Assembly (NCBI GenBank): GCA_963676615.1
Contig: OY781092.1
Span: 64,001 to 128,000 of the forward strand
DNA from: Candidatus Cloacimonadota bacterium
Lineage (GTDB): Bacteria > Cloacimonadota > Cloacimonadia > G963667145
Length of the DNA stretch: 64,000 bases
Direction: 5' to 3'
The notes below the pieces were generated by a model. That model was not told where the DNA came from and ran no database searches. It was given only the letters and a program-made list of their open reading frames with translations. Position 1 is the stretch's first letter. Every line of letters starts with the position of its first letter. Shown piece after piece: positions 10,295 through 20,501 of the stretch. The position numbers and the translations under genes are program-made.

Positions 10295-10675
10295 ATGAGC
10301 GTAAGAGGCGGAGATGTAGCACAAGTGATGCTGTTTGATAGAGAGTTTGACCCAGCAGAGGGTTCGGCGGTGACTTTGATTTTGTCTGGATATACTAGCG
10401 CGAGCACGCCCACAGGCAATGGCAAAGTTCATACAAAAAAAACACGGAAACTTGGTGGCTTTGATGGACTAGCGATTAGTTGCGATATCGACAAAGGAGA
10501 TTTTGAGTATTTGCAAGAAAAAAGCAGCTCGGGAGAGACGGGCAACTGTTCAATCACGCTGGTGACAGGCGACACCTATCAAGGCGATTTGGCGCTAGAG
10601 GGCGATTTGAACTATAGCACAGACTCGGGGCAGGTCGAGGTATCGGCGAGAGGGGCAAAATTTGAAAAAATTTAA
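10295..10675 (+). CDS. Tail tube protein
   Basis: 126 aa directly after the sheath gene. Confidence 0.75.
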   Translation: MSVRGGDVAQVMLFDREFDPAEGSAVTLILSGYTSASTPTGNGKVHTKKTRKLGGFDGLAISCDIDKGDFEYLQEKSSSGETGNCSITLVTGDTYQGDLALEGDLNYSTDSGQVEVSARGAKFEKI

Positions 10676-10690
10676 TAAAAGAGGACAAAA

Positions 10691-11080
10691 ATGAACGAAG
10701 TAATGAGCCAAGAGGTGGCGGCAGAAGAGATAAAGTCGTGGGCTAGCGCTTTGGATGTAGATTTGGCAGGGAAAGACGATTTTTTGGAGATAGTGACAAA
10801 ATCTCTGATGAGAGGTAAAATCGCTTTTAGCGAAGATGAAGAAACTTTTGACTTCACTTTGCGTAAACCTTTGCAGCTCGACAATGGCGAGAGTTTGGCG
10901 TCTATTAAATTGCGAGAGTTGACCGCAGGACAGACGCAGTCTGCGAACAAAGCAGATAAGATTGCAACGATGTTGGCGATGATCTCGGCTATGAGTAAAC
11001 AACCGCTGGGGGTAATTCGACGCATCAAACAGCGTGATATTAACACGATGGCGGCTGTTTTTGCTCTTTTTTTTTCATAG
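10691..11080 (+). CDS. Tail assembly chaperone (gpE/gp41-like)
   Basis: TLRKPL...IKLRELTAG pattern; ends on a T9 slippery run. Confidence 0.8.
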   Translation: MNEVMSQEVAAEEIKSWASALDVDLAGKDDFLEIVTKSLMRGKIAFSEDEETFDFTLRKPLQLDNGESLASIKLRELTAGQTQSANKADKIATMLAMISAMSKQPLGVIRRIKQRDINTMAAVFALFFS

Positions 11081-11217
11081 CTGATCCTTGGGCGATGATG
11101 GTCACCGTTGCCGACAGGTTCAAATGGTCTTTGGCAGAGATTAAAAAGATGAAAATTGGCGAGCTAAAAAAATGGTATGAGGCGGTGGACAAGCTGATTG
11201 AGAGCGAAAAGGGTTAG
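11068..11217 (+). CDS. -1 frameshift extension of the tail chaperone (P2 E+E'-like)
   Basis: -1 frame after T9 (11067-11075) reads FIADPWAMMVTVADRFKWSLAEIKKMKIGELKKWYEAVDKLIESEKG. Confidence 0.78.
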   Translation, partial: FFFIADPWAMMVTVADRFKWSLAEIKKMKIGELKKWYEAVDKLIESEKG

Positions 11218-11226
11218 CTCAAAAAA

Positions 11227-11261
11227 AAAAGGCGGTGGATTGTCTTAATCCACCGCCTTTT
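11227..11261. terminator. Bidirectional intrinsic terminator
   Basis: AAAA-GGCGGTGGATT / AATCCACCGCC-TTTT perfect stem. Confidence 0.85.
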
Positions 11262-11327
11262 GATTTGACCGACTCTCTTAAAAAAAATTCTATTAAGCTA
11301 GAAATAAAAAAAATAGGGAGCTAAGCG

Positions 11328-11996
11328 GTGCAAATTAGAGTAATAATGGATAATGATGCTGCAATCAAAGCGCTTGCCAATTTTGGTCTTAAAAAAGCGC
11401 CAAAAATAGTTGCTAAAACTCTCAACCAAACCGCTGAGGCTGTTACTAACCAACTACAACGCAACATCAAGCGACAATTCATTCTTCGAAGCAAATTCAC
11501 GCTGAGATCTACAGTATCGCCCTGCGCTAGACCTTACAAAGCCCTAAATAAAGCCAGCGGCAGGAGTATTGCTCGGATGTTTAGCCGAGCAGGCTCTGCC
11601 TCGCCTTATCTTTGGAAGCAAGAAGATGGCGGCATTTTCGCCGCTAAAAAAGGGGGCGCATATCCTGTGGCTACCACAAAAAGTCGAGTAAGCGGGTCTC
11701 TGCGCCGCGCTGTTCGCAAAGCATATCGATTGCCTTTGCAAAGTTTAACAGATGGGGAGTATGGGGAAATAGGGGATGCTTTTATTGGCGTGCCCAAAGG
11801 CGGTAACCGCAAGCGTGGGCTTTATAAAAGAACGAGCAAAGCTCTTATTAAATTACGCTCGCTTTCCGCAAAAAATATTCGCATCAAACCTCGTAAATTT
11901 TTCGCTCGGGCGGTGGCAAAATACGGCACACCGCAGTTTATCGATCACAAATTTTCGCAAATTTTTAATTCCGAAATGAGGCGAAAAAATGGCTAA
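11328..11996 (+). CDS. Basic protein resembling lambda gpZ-type tail completion protein
   Basis: Very Arg/Lys-rich; AKTLNQTA helix; C-terminal IKPRKFFARAV. Confidence 0.55.
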   Translation: MQIRVIMDNDAAIKALANFGLKKAPKIVAKTLNQTAEAVTNQLQRNIKRQFILRSKFTLRSTVSPCARPYKALNKASGRSIARMFSRAGSASPYLWKQEDGGIFAAKKGGAYPVATTKSRVSGSLRRAVRKAYRLPLQSLTDGEYGEIGDAFIGVPKGGNRKRGLYKRTSKALIKLRSLSAKNIRIKPRKFFARAVAKYGTPQFIDHKFSQIFNSEMRRKNG

Positions 11997-13686
11997 AAAT
12001 GCGACAACTTCTATAACCTTTAAGGCTGTTGATAGAGTAACCGCACCGCTTAAGCGGATGAATAGGGCTGTGGATATGTTTGCCAAAACCGCTCTTATCG
12101 GAGGTGTGGCGACCCTCGGCGCAGGGCTAGCAGTAGCCACACACGAATACATCAAGTTTGAAGACAGCATCACCGCCGCTTCGGCAAAATTCACAGAGGA
12201 TTATCAAAAAGGCACAGCTGGTTTTGAGCAGCTCAAAAAATCGGCTCGGGCGATCGGGGCTGCCACGGAATATTCAGCCACAGAGGCAGCTCAAGGCTTA
12301 GATTTTATGGCAAAAGCAGGTTATGATGCTACCAAGTCGATGAAACTTTTGCCTGGTGTGGTCGATTTGGCGACAGCAGCCCAAACAGACTTTGCCCAGG
12401 CGGCAGATATAGCTTCGGACTCTATCGGTGCGTTTGGTCTCAATAGCGATAATGCCGAAGTTTTGGGGAAGAATTTTAGTAGAGTGATGGATGTGATGGC
12501 TAAGACGACCACTACCTCTAACACAGACCTTGTCGAACTTTTTGAAACTGTAAAAAAGGGAGCGCCTAGTTTTACATCTGCCGGGCAAAGTATGGAAAGT
12601 TTTAACGCTTTAGCTGGTGTGATGGCGGGTGCGGGTGTGAAAGGGGCAGAGAGTGGAACGCAGCTGCGCAATGTTATGCTTAGCCTTGCTAAAGCGACGC
12701 CCGAGGCAGAAGAGACCCTTGCGGGGTTGGGAGTGCAAACCCAAGATGCAAATGGCAATTTTCGAGATGTTATCGATATTTTGGCAGATTTAGAAAATGG
12801 TTTGAAGGGGATGGGCTCAGCACAAAAATCGGCAGCTATTACCACAATTTTTGGCAGACGAGCACAAACGGGCGTGAATATTTTGCTAAAAGAGGGCTCC
12901 GAAAAGCTACGATCCTACCGCGCCAAGCTGGACAATTCTGCGGGAGCGTCCGCCAAAATGGCGGCAGTGATGCGAGATAGCCTGGGCAATCAGATAAAAA
13001 TTATGAAGTCGGCTCTCACAGAGCTTGGGTTTAAATTTGTTGAGGCTTTTCAAAAACAAGGCAGTGGCGGATTGAAGAAATTTACGGATGCTGTTCAGAA
13101 ATACGACCCGACTCCAATCGTAAATGGGCTGACCAGCGCTCTACGATTTTTCAAAAGGATGTGGGATGGTGGCTTTATCCAAGCGCTTGTGGCAGGGATA
13201 GCTGCCTACAAAGCGAGCGCAAAAGCCCTTGCGGCGTATAAGATTGCAATGGATTTATACAAAATAAGTTTGGAAAAAACAATCACTCTTCAAAGCATTT
13301 TTAACGCTATTAGTCCTATTGGGTGGATAACTATCGCTGTGGCTGGACTTACTCTATTCTACAACAATATAGATTGGGTTCAAAAAAAAGTAGAAGAATT
13401 AAGAGGATGGATATTAAAAGTATTTGAACCAATAAGTTGGATGTTTAGTGGCAGCCAAACCCCAGCTTTCGCAGGTGGCGGAGCGTGGGGTGATGCCAGA
13501 GGTTATAATTCTTCGAGCTCTCCTATTATTTCTGCTAACTCTGGAGTGATCCAGCGTTCTGAAAGCATAAAAACTAACCGCAGTGAGGTGGCTTTAAAAT
13601 TCCAAAACGCACCTGCGGGGATGTCTTATCAGCAAACAGGCAACGCCCCAGATGTGACGATAGATACGGGCTACAGGATGCGATGA
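11989..13686 (+). CDS. Tape measure protein (TP901-family core)
   Basis: ATEYSATEAAQGLDFMAKAG, GVKGAESGTQLR. Confidence 0.93.
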   Translation: MAKNATTSITFKAVDRVTAPLKRMNRAVDMFAKTALIGGVATLGAGLAVATHEYIKFEDSITAASAKFTEDYQKGTAGFEQLKKSARAIGAATEYSATEAAQGLDFMAKAGYDATKSMKLLPGVVDLATAAQTDFAQAADIASDSIGAFGLNSDNAEVLGKNFSRVMDVMAKTTTTSNTDLVELFETVKKGAPSFTSAGQSMESFNALAGVMAGAGVKGAESGTQLRNVMLSLAKATPEAEETLAGLGVQTQDANGNFRDVIDILADLENGLKGMGSAQKSAAITTIFGRRAQTGVNILLKEGSEKLRSYRAKLDNSAGASAKMAAVMRDSLGNQIKIMKSALTELGFKFVEAFQKQGSGGLKKFTDAVQKYDPTPIVNGLTSALRFFKRMWDGGFIQALVAGIAAYKASAKALAAYKIAMDLYKISLEKTITLQSIFNAISPIGWITIAVAGLTLFYNNIDWVQKKVEELRGWILKVFEPISWMFSGSQTPAFAGGGAWGDARGYNSSSSPIISANSGVIQRSESIKTNRSEVALKFQNAPAGMSYQQTGNAPDVTIDTGYRMR

Positions 13687-14894
13687 TGAGCTATTTAGAT
13701 AGATTGCGAGATTTACGATACACTGCCCCGAGTGGTGCAGAGTTTACGGCACATTTCGTCCAGGTTAGTAGAGCTGGCGGCAAAAAAGCGCCTGTGACAG
13801 AGTTCCCAGGGCAAAACCAAGGAGCTGTGCAAGATTTGGGGGCGACTACGCCGATTTTGCCGATTAGTTGCTATATCGATGGCGATGATTATGATATTAC
13901 CGCAGATCAATTTTGGGTTGCTCTTTTTGAAAAAGGGACTGGATTTTTACATCATCCTCGCTGGGGCGACATCAGAGTTTTGCCAGTGCCCAAGTCGCAA
14001 AAAGAAAATTTTGTGGAAGGTGTGGGTCGAGCTGATTTTGAGATAGATTTTATCAAAGTAGATGATGAGATTTTTGATTATCCCGACGCCTTACTAAACC
14101 ACCAAGCGGAGGTTGGAGCAAATGTAGATGCAGCAGTGGATGTTATCGCCGAGTCTGTGCCAACAAATTTGAGCACCGCCGAAACAGATGGGCTGAAAGG
14201 GATGGCTCAAGACACAGTGGACGCTGTGGCTGGGGCTTTTGGCGCTCTAGCAGACATAACCGCAGAGGTGCGCTCCGAGATTGAGCAAGTTATCGCAGAT
14301 GTGACAAATAATATAGATACGCTCGTTGATGGTCCAGCAAATTTGATGCGTGAGATGTTGCGTTTGTATCGTTTACCTGCCAGGGTCGTAGGCAATATTC
14401 AGGCGAAAATTAGTGCTTACAAAACAATTTTTGAAAACTTGGTGGATGGATACAAACAAACTACAGCCGATTTTGGCGAGAACATCGGTAAGATGGCGGT
14501 CGGCAGCATTTCTGGGTTGCAAATCGCCTTGGCGGAGGCTAGCCAATACGGCACTTTTGCCACCCGCAACCAAAGCGGGGAGGCTATGGCGGAGTTGGTC
14601 GAGCTGAACGCATCTATCACGAATGGTTTGCAAGATTTGGGTGGGACAGATTACGCACTCCAAAAAGCGATTGATTTGTCCAGAGCCACGAGCCTTGCTG
14701 GACTGGTGATCGATGCTCTTAATTTGCCCGCAGAAAAAAAACACACCCTAACCGCAAATCAAACGCCGCTGCAGGTCGTTTGGGATTTATATGGTTATGT
14801 GGAGAGGCTGGACGAGTTTATCGAGTTTAACGATTTGGCTGGTGATGAAATTTTGTGGTTGCCAGCTGGGACCAAGGTGCTATATTATGATTAG
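13683..14894 (+). CDS. Mu gpN-like DNA circularization protein
   Basis: EFPGQ...VQDLG, GFLHHPRWG; LysM-like C-terminus. Confidence 0.85.
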   Translation: MMSYLDRLRDLRYTAPSGAEFTAHFVQVSRAGGKKAPVTEFPGQNQGAVQDLGATTPILPISCYIDGDDYDITADQFWVALFEKGTGFLHHPRWGDIRVLPVPKSQKENFVEGVGRADFEIDFIKVDDEIFDYPDALLNHQAEVGANVDAAVDVIAESVPTNLSTAETDGLKGMAQDTVDAVAGAFGALADITAEVRSEIEQVIADVTNNIDTLVDGPANLMREMLRLYRLPARVVGNIQAKISAYKTIFENLVDGYKQTTADFGENIGKMAVGSISGLQIALAEASQYGTFATRNQSGEAMAELVELNASITNGLQDLGGTDYALQKAIDLSRATSLAGLVIDALNLPAEKKHTLTANQTPLQVVWDLYGYVERLDEFIEFNDLAGDEILWLPAGTKVLYYD

Positions 14895-15954
14895 CCCCGC
14901 CAGCATTGCCACTGCGGCAAAAATCAGCTTGCAAATCGATAACAAAGAGCTACGAGGATTTACTGGTTTGACGGTAACTAGATCGGTAAATGCTTGCGCT
15001 GATGCGTTTTCGTTTGCCCTGCCGTGGCGAGCAACCACCCAAAATTTGGGACTTTTTTGCCCTTTTAGTCTGCCAGTTGTCAAAATTTTGGTAGAGACAG
15101 ATTTAAAAAAAGAGACGCTTTTGTCGGGATATTTGGAAAAAGAGACCTTTGGGGTGGTAGCAGAGGCGAACACGCTAAACATAGAGGGACGCTCAGCTGC
15201 GGGCATATTGTTGGACATCGCCGCACAACCTTATCAGCTCGACAATTTGACATTCAACCAGATTTCTACCGCATTTTACAAATCTTTGGACCCGAGGGCT
15301 AGAGTGGGGATAGCTTACGCAGAGCCAGATACACAGACAATCTCGGAGGTGCAGGTGAATGTGGGTGACACGCAGTTCGGCGTTTTGTCCAAAATTGCCC
15401 AAGCTCTGGGGTTGTATCCGTGTCCGCAGACAAACGGCAGGTTAAAATTTCAAAAAATCGACACAAAGAAAAACTTCGCCACGCTGGAGCAAGGCAAAGG
15501 CGTTGTGCGAAGTGTGTCGGCAACCTACGACTCCACTAAGCGGTTTCAAGAGTATTTGGCAGTGGGTAATTTTGTTGGCAAACAGAGCCACGCGACGGTG
15601 CAAGACTCTCAGAATTTCGGTCTTGCCAAACGGGGCAGAAGTATCGCCGAAAACAAACAGGAAACCACCACCATAGAGGCGTCCGCAAAAAACTTGCGAG
15701 CAAATGCTTTGCGAAACTCTTTCAATGTTTCGGCAGTCGTGGATGGCTGGCACTACAAGGGCGAATTGTGGCAACCGGGGCAACTCGTCTCCCTAACCGC
15801 TCCGGGCGTTTATATCAATAGTCCTTTTCAGCTTCTAATTCAAAAAATCGACTACAAATTGGATACCAGCGGCGGGCAAACCTCCACCCTCGAATTTGTG
15901 CATCCGTCGGTCTATGATGGCTCCGAGCCGAAGGGTATGCCGTGGGTTTCTTAA
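14887..15954 (+). CDS. Baseplate hub, Mu gpP-like
   Basis: VTRSVNACADAFS, IEGRS, VDGW...LWQPG. Confidence 0.85.
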   Translation: MISPASIATAAKISLQIDNKELRGFTGLTVTRSVNACADAFSFALPWRATTQNLGLFCPFSLPVVKILVETDLKKETLLSGYLEKETFGVVAEANTLNIEGRSAAGILLDIAAQPYQLDNLTFNQISTAFYKSLDPRARVGIAYAEPDTQTISEVQVNVGDTQFGVLSKIAQALGLYPCPQTNGRLKFQKIDTKKNFATLEQGKGVVRSVSATYDSTKRFQEYLAVGNFVGKQSHATVQDSQNFGLAKRGRSIAENKQETTTIEASAKNLRANALRNSFNVSAVVDGWHYKGELWQPGQLVSLTAPGVYINSPFQLLIQKIDYKLDTSGGQTSTLEFVHPSVYDGSEPKGMPWVS

Positions 15955-16502
15955 GTATTTGCAAAAAAATAAGCTACGCTGTGCGGGCTACCGCTCCAGG
16001 CAAGGCGACGATTTTGAGAACCTCGGCACCAGCGGGGCAAGTGCGCAGCTTGGAGATGTATCAAACGCCAGGCGTCGCCTCAGCTCCCACGGCTGACGAT
16101 AGGCTGGTTGAAGCAGAAATTGGCAGTGGCAAGCGGGTGGTAATAGCCACGCACAACTACAAAGTCGAGGTTGCTGTAAAGGCAGGCGAGACTATTATCT
16201 ACTCCACAGACTCGGTAGGACAGGCGATTAGCAATCAAATTAAATTGGACAATGCGGGCAATATCGCTATTGGGGAAAGCGATAATCAAATTTTGGTGGA
16301 TAGTAAGGGCAATATCGATTTGGGGGGTGATGCTCGCACTTTTGTGACTTGGACAGAGCTAAATGCCGCCTTGCAATTACTGATGACAGCGCTTAATTCA
16401 CATACGCACAAGATAAGTCCAGGGGCATCTACTTTGCAGCCAAATACTCCACTGTCTATCGACATTTCGGCAGCAAACACGGCAACGGTGAGGACGCGGT
16501 GA
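15942..16502 (+). CDS. Baseplate spike (Mu gp45-like)
   Basis: YQTPGVASAP, GETIIYS, terminal HTH (His-x-His) metal-binding motif. Confidence 0.82.
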   Translation: MGFLSICKKISYAVRATAPGKATILRTSAPAGQVRSLEMYQTPGVASAPTADDRLVEAEIGSGKRVVIATHNYKVEVAVKAGETIIYSTDSVGQAISNQIKLDNAGNIAIGESDNQILVDSKGNIDLGGDARTFVTWTELNAALQLLMTALNSHTHKISPGASTLQPNTPLSIDISAANTATVRTR

Positions 16503-16873
16503 AAGATTTGAAACTTTTGGAGCAAGTCCCAGCAGATGTGGACATCTCCGCTGGACAACTGCGAACAAGCGGCAGCCTCTACAACGCCGTGTTTTTGTCT
16601 CTTTTTGTGCCGTCCAGCTGGCAAAACGAGTTTTTGCGACAGAAGTTGGAGAGCAGAATCCCCGAAATGATGCAAAAAAATCTAACAAATCAAAATCGGT
16701 TAAACATAATAGCCGAGGCAGAGCGGGTGTTGGAGTGGCTTGTGCCAGAAGTGGCGGAGAGTGTGGCGGTGACAGCTACTATTCCCGCAAGAGGCAGACT
16801 AAATCTGGAGGTAAAAACAAACCAGCCAGACAACACCCTCAACTATCAACTAAATTGGGAGAGTATGCGATGA
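16499..16873 (+). CDS. Mu gp46-like baseplate protein
   Basis: LYNAVFLSLF...AERVLEWL. Confidence 0.8.
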   Translation: MKDLKLLEQVPADVDISAGQLRTSGSLYNAVFLSLFVPSSWQNEFLRQKLESRIPEMMQKNLTNQNRLNIIAEAERVLEWLVPEVAESVAVTATIPARGRLNLEVKTNQPDNTLNYQLNWESMR

Positions 16874-17985
16874 TCACAATTCCTACAATTTCCGAAATAA
16901 AAGAGCAAATTTTGGCAGACTTGGAGGCGAGCCAGACCACAACTCCGCTTGTGTTGGTGTCTGTTTTAGAGCTTTTGGCTACTGCTTATGCGGGAGTTTT
17001 ATATCTGGCTTATAAATTTGGAGCGTGGTGTTATGCCCAGATTTTTACAGCTACGATGGGTAAGGAGGCTTTGAAGCTCCGTGCGCAACGGTATGGCATT
17101 AGTGTAAACTCCGCTACAGAGTGCCAGGCGTTCGCCACAGCCACAGGCACAGATGGCGTCGTGATAGCAGCTGGGAAATTGGCAGAGATAGATGGCAATG
17201 CCTATGCGGTAATGGATACGGTGGTTATCGCAGGGGAAACACAGGTTAAAATCAAATCGCTTTTGACTGGCGAAAATTATCAACTTACCGTTGGTGACGA
17301 GCTGAAATTTACCACGCCGCAAATCGGAGTTAATGACGAAATTTGCATCTCTGAGATTGTGCAAAACGCCGAGGATGAGCAAACCGTGGAGTCTCTTCGT
17401 CGCCAAGTGCAACAGCGGGAGCAAAACACGCCACAGGGTGGTGCAATCCCCGACTATATTGGCTGGGCTCTGGAGGTTAGTGGAGTCGGAGAAGCGTTTG
17501 TTTGTCGTCCCGCAGCTGGTTTTGTGAATGTTTATGTGCTCACAGATGAGACAGATCCTGCCGATAGGTTGCCAAATGCAGCTCTTCGCAGGGCTGTGGG
17601 AAATTATATAAATGAGCCTGGGCGCCTGCCTTTTGGTAACAATGTTGTCAGCCCAGAATGGGCGGAGCGGAGCTTTCAGATAGAGTTTCAAAATTTTAGC
17701 ACGGGTGGAAATAGTGTGGAGGTAAAAGCTGCGATTGAACAGGCGGTAGTCGATTACATCTACGCCCGTCGCCCGCGACAATACACTAATCATTTAATAG
17801 ATCTGTCCGTAATTGCGGAGGGGCAGCTTTCAAAAATCGCTCTCGAAAATGGCGCAACAAATATCAAGCCGATTTTAAAAAATAGCGATGGCGATATAAT
17901 CGCTGGCGGTAAATATCAGCTAGACAACGGAGACGATGCAGTGGAACTCGCCAAAATCTCTGTCGAGGACATCTCGTGGACATAA
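16870..17985 (+). CDS. Baseplate J / Mu gp47-like protein
   Basis: PQGGAIPDYIGWALEVSGV. Confidence 0.9.
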   Translation: MITIPTISEIKEQILADLEASQTTTPLVLVSVLELLATAYAGVLYLAYKFGAWCYAQIFTATMGKEALKLRAQRYGISVNSATECQAFATATGTDGVVIAAGKLAEIDGNAYAVMDTVVIAGETQVKIKSLLTGENYQLTVGDELKFTTPQIGVNDEICISEIVQNAEDEQTVESLRRQVQQREQNTPQGGAIPDYIGWALEVSGVGEAFVCRPAAGFVNVYVLTDETDPADRLPNAALRRAVGNYINEPGRLPFGNNVVSPEWAERSFQIEFQNFSTGGNSVEVKAAIEQAVVDYIYARRPRQYTNHLIDLSVIAEGQLSKIALENGATNIKPILKNSDGDIIAGGKYQLDNGDDAVELAKISVEDISWT

Positions 17986-18578
17986 AAAAAATTCTGGTTG
18001 CCTCGTTACCGTTACATCTCGGGGTAAATTTTCGGGCGATTACCCAAAATTTGGGAAAATCGTTGGAGCGGCTAAAACTTTTTTTTGAAGGTATTATCGT
18101 GGAGGCAGACCCTGTCACTGCAACCAAGACGATAGGTTTATGGTGCGAAAATCAGGGGCTAAAATGCGATATAAACCAATCAATTTCAAAATTGCAACGA
18201 GTAGCATCGCAGGCGTTTTTTGGGCTTGGCGCACAAAATAAAACTTATTTAGAGTCGCAAATCCAAAAAGTTTTCCCCGAGATTTTTTTGAATTATTACA
18301 GCTTTGACACTGCTTTTCAGGCAGGTGCTGGGATGTGTGGGAAAATGGTGGCGAGCGATTATCCGTCGTGGGCGCCACATAATGTTACTTTTGCCAGCTG
18401 TTTTTTGGTTTCTGGAACTACAGATTTTGTTTCAGATTTGAAAGTTTTAAAGCAAATAATTGGCAAAATTTGCCCCGCTCACCTAGAACCAATTTATCAA
18501 GTTGAAATTAAGAATTTGCAGGCTACAGCTCAATCGGGGTTTGGGATGTGTGGGATTATGCTAGCAGGCAAAAGTTAA
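17976..18578 (+). CDS. Baseplate wedge, Mu gp48-like
   Basis: EADPVTA...W, KICPAHL; position after the J-like gene. Confidence 0.75.
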   Translation: MDIKKILVASLPLHLGVNFRAITQNLGKSLERLKLFFEGIIVEADPVTATKTIGLWCENQGLKCDINQSISKLQRVASQAFFGLGAQNKTYLESQIQKVFPEIFLNYYSFDTAFQAGAGMCGKMVASDYPSWAPHNVTFASCFLVSGTTDFVSDLKVLKQIIGKICPAHLEPIYQVEIKNLQATAQSGFGMCGIMLAGKS

Positions 18579-18593
18579 AAAAAGGAGAAAAAA

Positions 18594-19838
18594 ATGAGGA
18601 ATATAGCGAGCCCAGGTAGTGTCTCTGGGCGATGGGTAGATTATGACGCAGTGACCAACCCGCTTGGCACGATATTTTCGGCACAGTGGGCCAACGATGT
18701 GCAAGATGAAATTACTGGAGTTATCCTTGAGGCGCGCTTGCCGCTGGTGGCAGGGAGCAAGCATAAGATGACAGAAGCTATAAAAATAATAGCTTCAGAA
18801 ACAGTTCCAGCGGCAGAACGATGGGCGAGTGCTGCAGAAGCTCAAATGGGGTTGGTTGAAGACAAGGTTGTCTCGCCAGCAACGATTAAGCGGGCAGTCG
18901 GCTCTTGGAATTTGAATTTCAAGAACAAAATTATCAACGGCGGGTTTGATGTGTGGCAGAGGGGTGAGAGTTGGAGTGGAACGGATAACGGAAACTACAT
19001 AACAGCAGATAGGTGGAAGTTTGAGGCTGGGTTTGCTCACGGAGGGACACTATCTTCTAGCAGAAGCAAAAATATTTTGTTGCCAAATGGAGACTATGTG
19101 AATACTCTTAATATTTCTTTGCAAAATCCTAGTTCAAGACTTTGGGTTTCAACAACTGTGGAGAATGTTTTGCAGTCTAGTGGCAAAACATACACTTTGT
19201 CTTTTTACGCAAGAGCAGACACCCCAATTGATTTAGACTACATTCTGTTATTTCAAAGATATAATATAACAGACCAGTCTATTGTTACTCCCACACAAAC
19301 TGCTTCAATTACGCAGTCTTGGCAAAGGTTTAGCTTTGTTTTTAGTTTGCCCGAAATTCCAAGTGATGCAAATATTGAGGAAGATTGTAATTATTTTGGG
19401 GTGGATATAGCAACGCAAGAGGGTAATATTGTTCCTTGGGATAATGTGCAATTTGCTCAGGTTCAGTTAGAAGAGGGCGAGATTGCTACAGAGTTTGAGA
19501 AAAGACCGTTGCAAGTCGAAGAGTTGTTATGCAAGCGGTATTATGAAGTTTTAGGCAAGACTGGTTCAATGTTTATTCCTTTTATTGCAAATGGCAATGC
19601 TAGTTGGGCGTCTGTTCAGATGTATCCTAAGCGAACAAAAAATTATTCAGTTTCTGTGGTTAATTCTGCAGAAATTTTCTGGCTATATGGTGCTAGTGCG
19701 GTTCAGACAAGTGTAGCCCCTTCATTACATTACTGTGGCTATAGTCATTTAGCATTATCTCACGGAGTAGAGACTGTTGCAGGGCGTGCGTCTTTAGCCG
19801 CATATTTTAACCCAATTGAAATTGATGCAGAATTGTAG
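18594..19838 (+). CDS. Tail fibre / receptor-binding protein with CBM-like domain
   Basis: Mu-type N-terminus (GTIFSAQWANDVQDEI); KNKIINGGFDVWQRG...QVQLEEG...LCKRYYE module. Confidence 0.85.
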   Translation: MRNIASPGSVSGRWVDYDAVTNPLGTIFSAQWANDVQDEITGVILEARLPLVAGSKHKMTEAIKIIASETVPAAERWASAAEAQMGLVEDKVVSPATIKRAVGSWNLNFKNKIINGGFDVWQRGESWSGTDNGNYITADRWKFEAGFAHGGTLSSSRSKNILLPNGDYVNTLNISLQNPSSRLWVSTTVENVLQSSGKTYTLSFYARADTPIDLDYILLFQRYNITDQSIVTPTQTASITQSWQRFSFVFSLPEIPSDANIEEDCNYFGVDIATQEGNIVPWDNVQFAQVQLEEGEIATEFEKRPLQVEELLCKRYYEVLGKTGSMFIPFIANGNASWASVQMYPKRTKNYSVSVVNSAEIFWLYGASAVQTSVAPSLHYCGYSHLALSHGVETVAGRASLAAYFNPIEIDAEL

Positions 19839-19846
19839 GAGAGAAA

Positions 19847-20224
19847 ATGAAAATTGAAAGTGTAAAATTGCAAAATGGCGGGTATGTTATAAATGATAAC
19901 CTGTTTGTGCCTGCGGCTGAGGGAAATAGGGACTATCGAGCGGTGCAGAAATGGATTGCAGATGGTGGAAATGTTGAGCCAGAGTTTTCGGAAGAAAAAA
20001 TTTTGCAGAATAAGGTAGCAAAAAAGAAAGCGGAGCGGGATGCAAAGCTCAGAGAGACGGACATTTATCTCGTCGCAGATTTCCCGATTTCGAGCGAAAA
20101 ACTAGAGCAAATGAAGTCGTATCGCGAATATTTGCGGCATATCCCCGAGGATGAAAAATTCCCCGAAGTAGAGGTTTTGGGGTTTGAGGTTTGGAATAAG
20201 GAGGGCGAAAATGGCGGAGCTTGA
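19847..20224 (+). CDS. Tail fibre assembly chaperone
   Basis: GNRDY, ERDAKLRETD...DFP...YREYLRHIP. Confidence 0.8.
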   Translation: MKIESVKLQNGGYVINDNLFVPAAEGNRDYRAVQKWIADGGNVEPEFSEEKILQNKVAKKKAERDAKLRETDIYLVADFPISSEKLEQMKSYREYLRHIPEDEKFPEVEVLGFEVWNKEGENGGA

Positions 20225-20501
20225 CACGAAGTTTGAGCTGTTGATGAAAGATCTCAACACGCTTGTGGCAGACCAAAATAAGTTGCTGAAGCGCTTCGAG
20301 AAGAATGACGAAAAGACGAACAAAATTTTTACTGTGCTGTTGGGTGTAGGTGGAAAATGCGGGCTTTTGGAGGATTTGGCGACGATGAAACGGGAGATGT
20401 CGGATGTTAAGATTTTCAAACACAAGTTGGTCGGCTATGTTGGCGGAGCGTATGCTTTACTTGGTTTGATAGCGATTTTAGCGCGTTTGGGGGTGTTGTA
20501 G
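20211..20501 (+). CDS. Coiled-coil protein with C-terminal TM helix (lysis cassette)
   Basis: AAGGAGG RBS; hydrophobic C-terminus. Confidence 0.65.
   Translation: MAELDTKFELLMKDLNTLVADQNKLLKRFEKNDEKTNKIFTVLLGVGGKCGLLEDLATMKREMSDVKIFKHKLVGYVGGAYALLGLIAILARLGVL

Noticed and set aside
13683..18578. Transposable Mu-like phage or tailocin
   Set aside because: No MuA/MuB seen; head, terminase and tyrosine integrase genes are present
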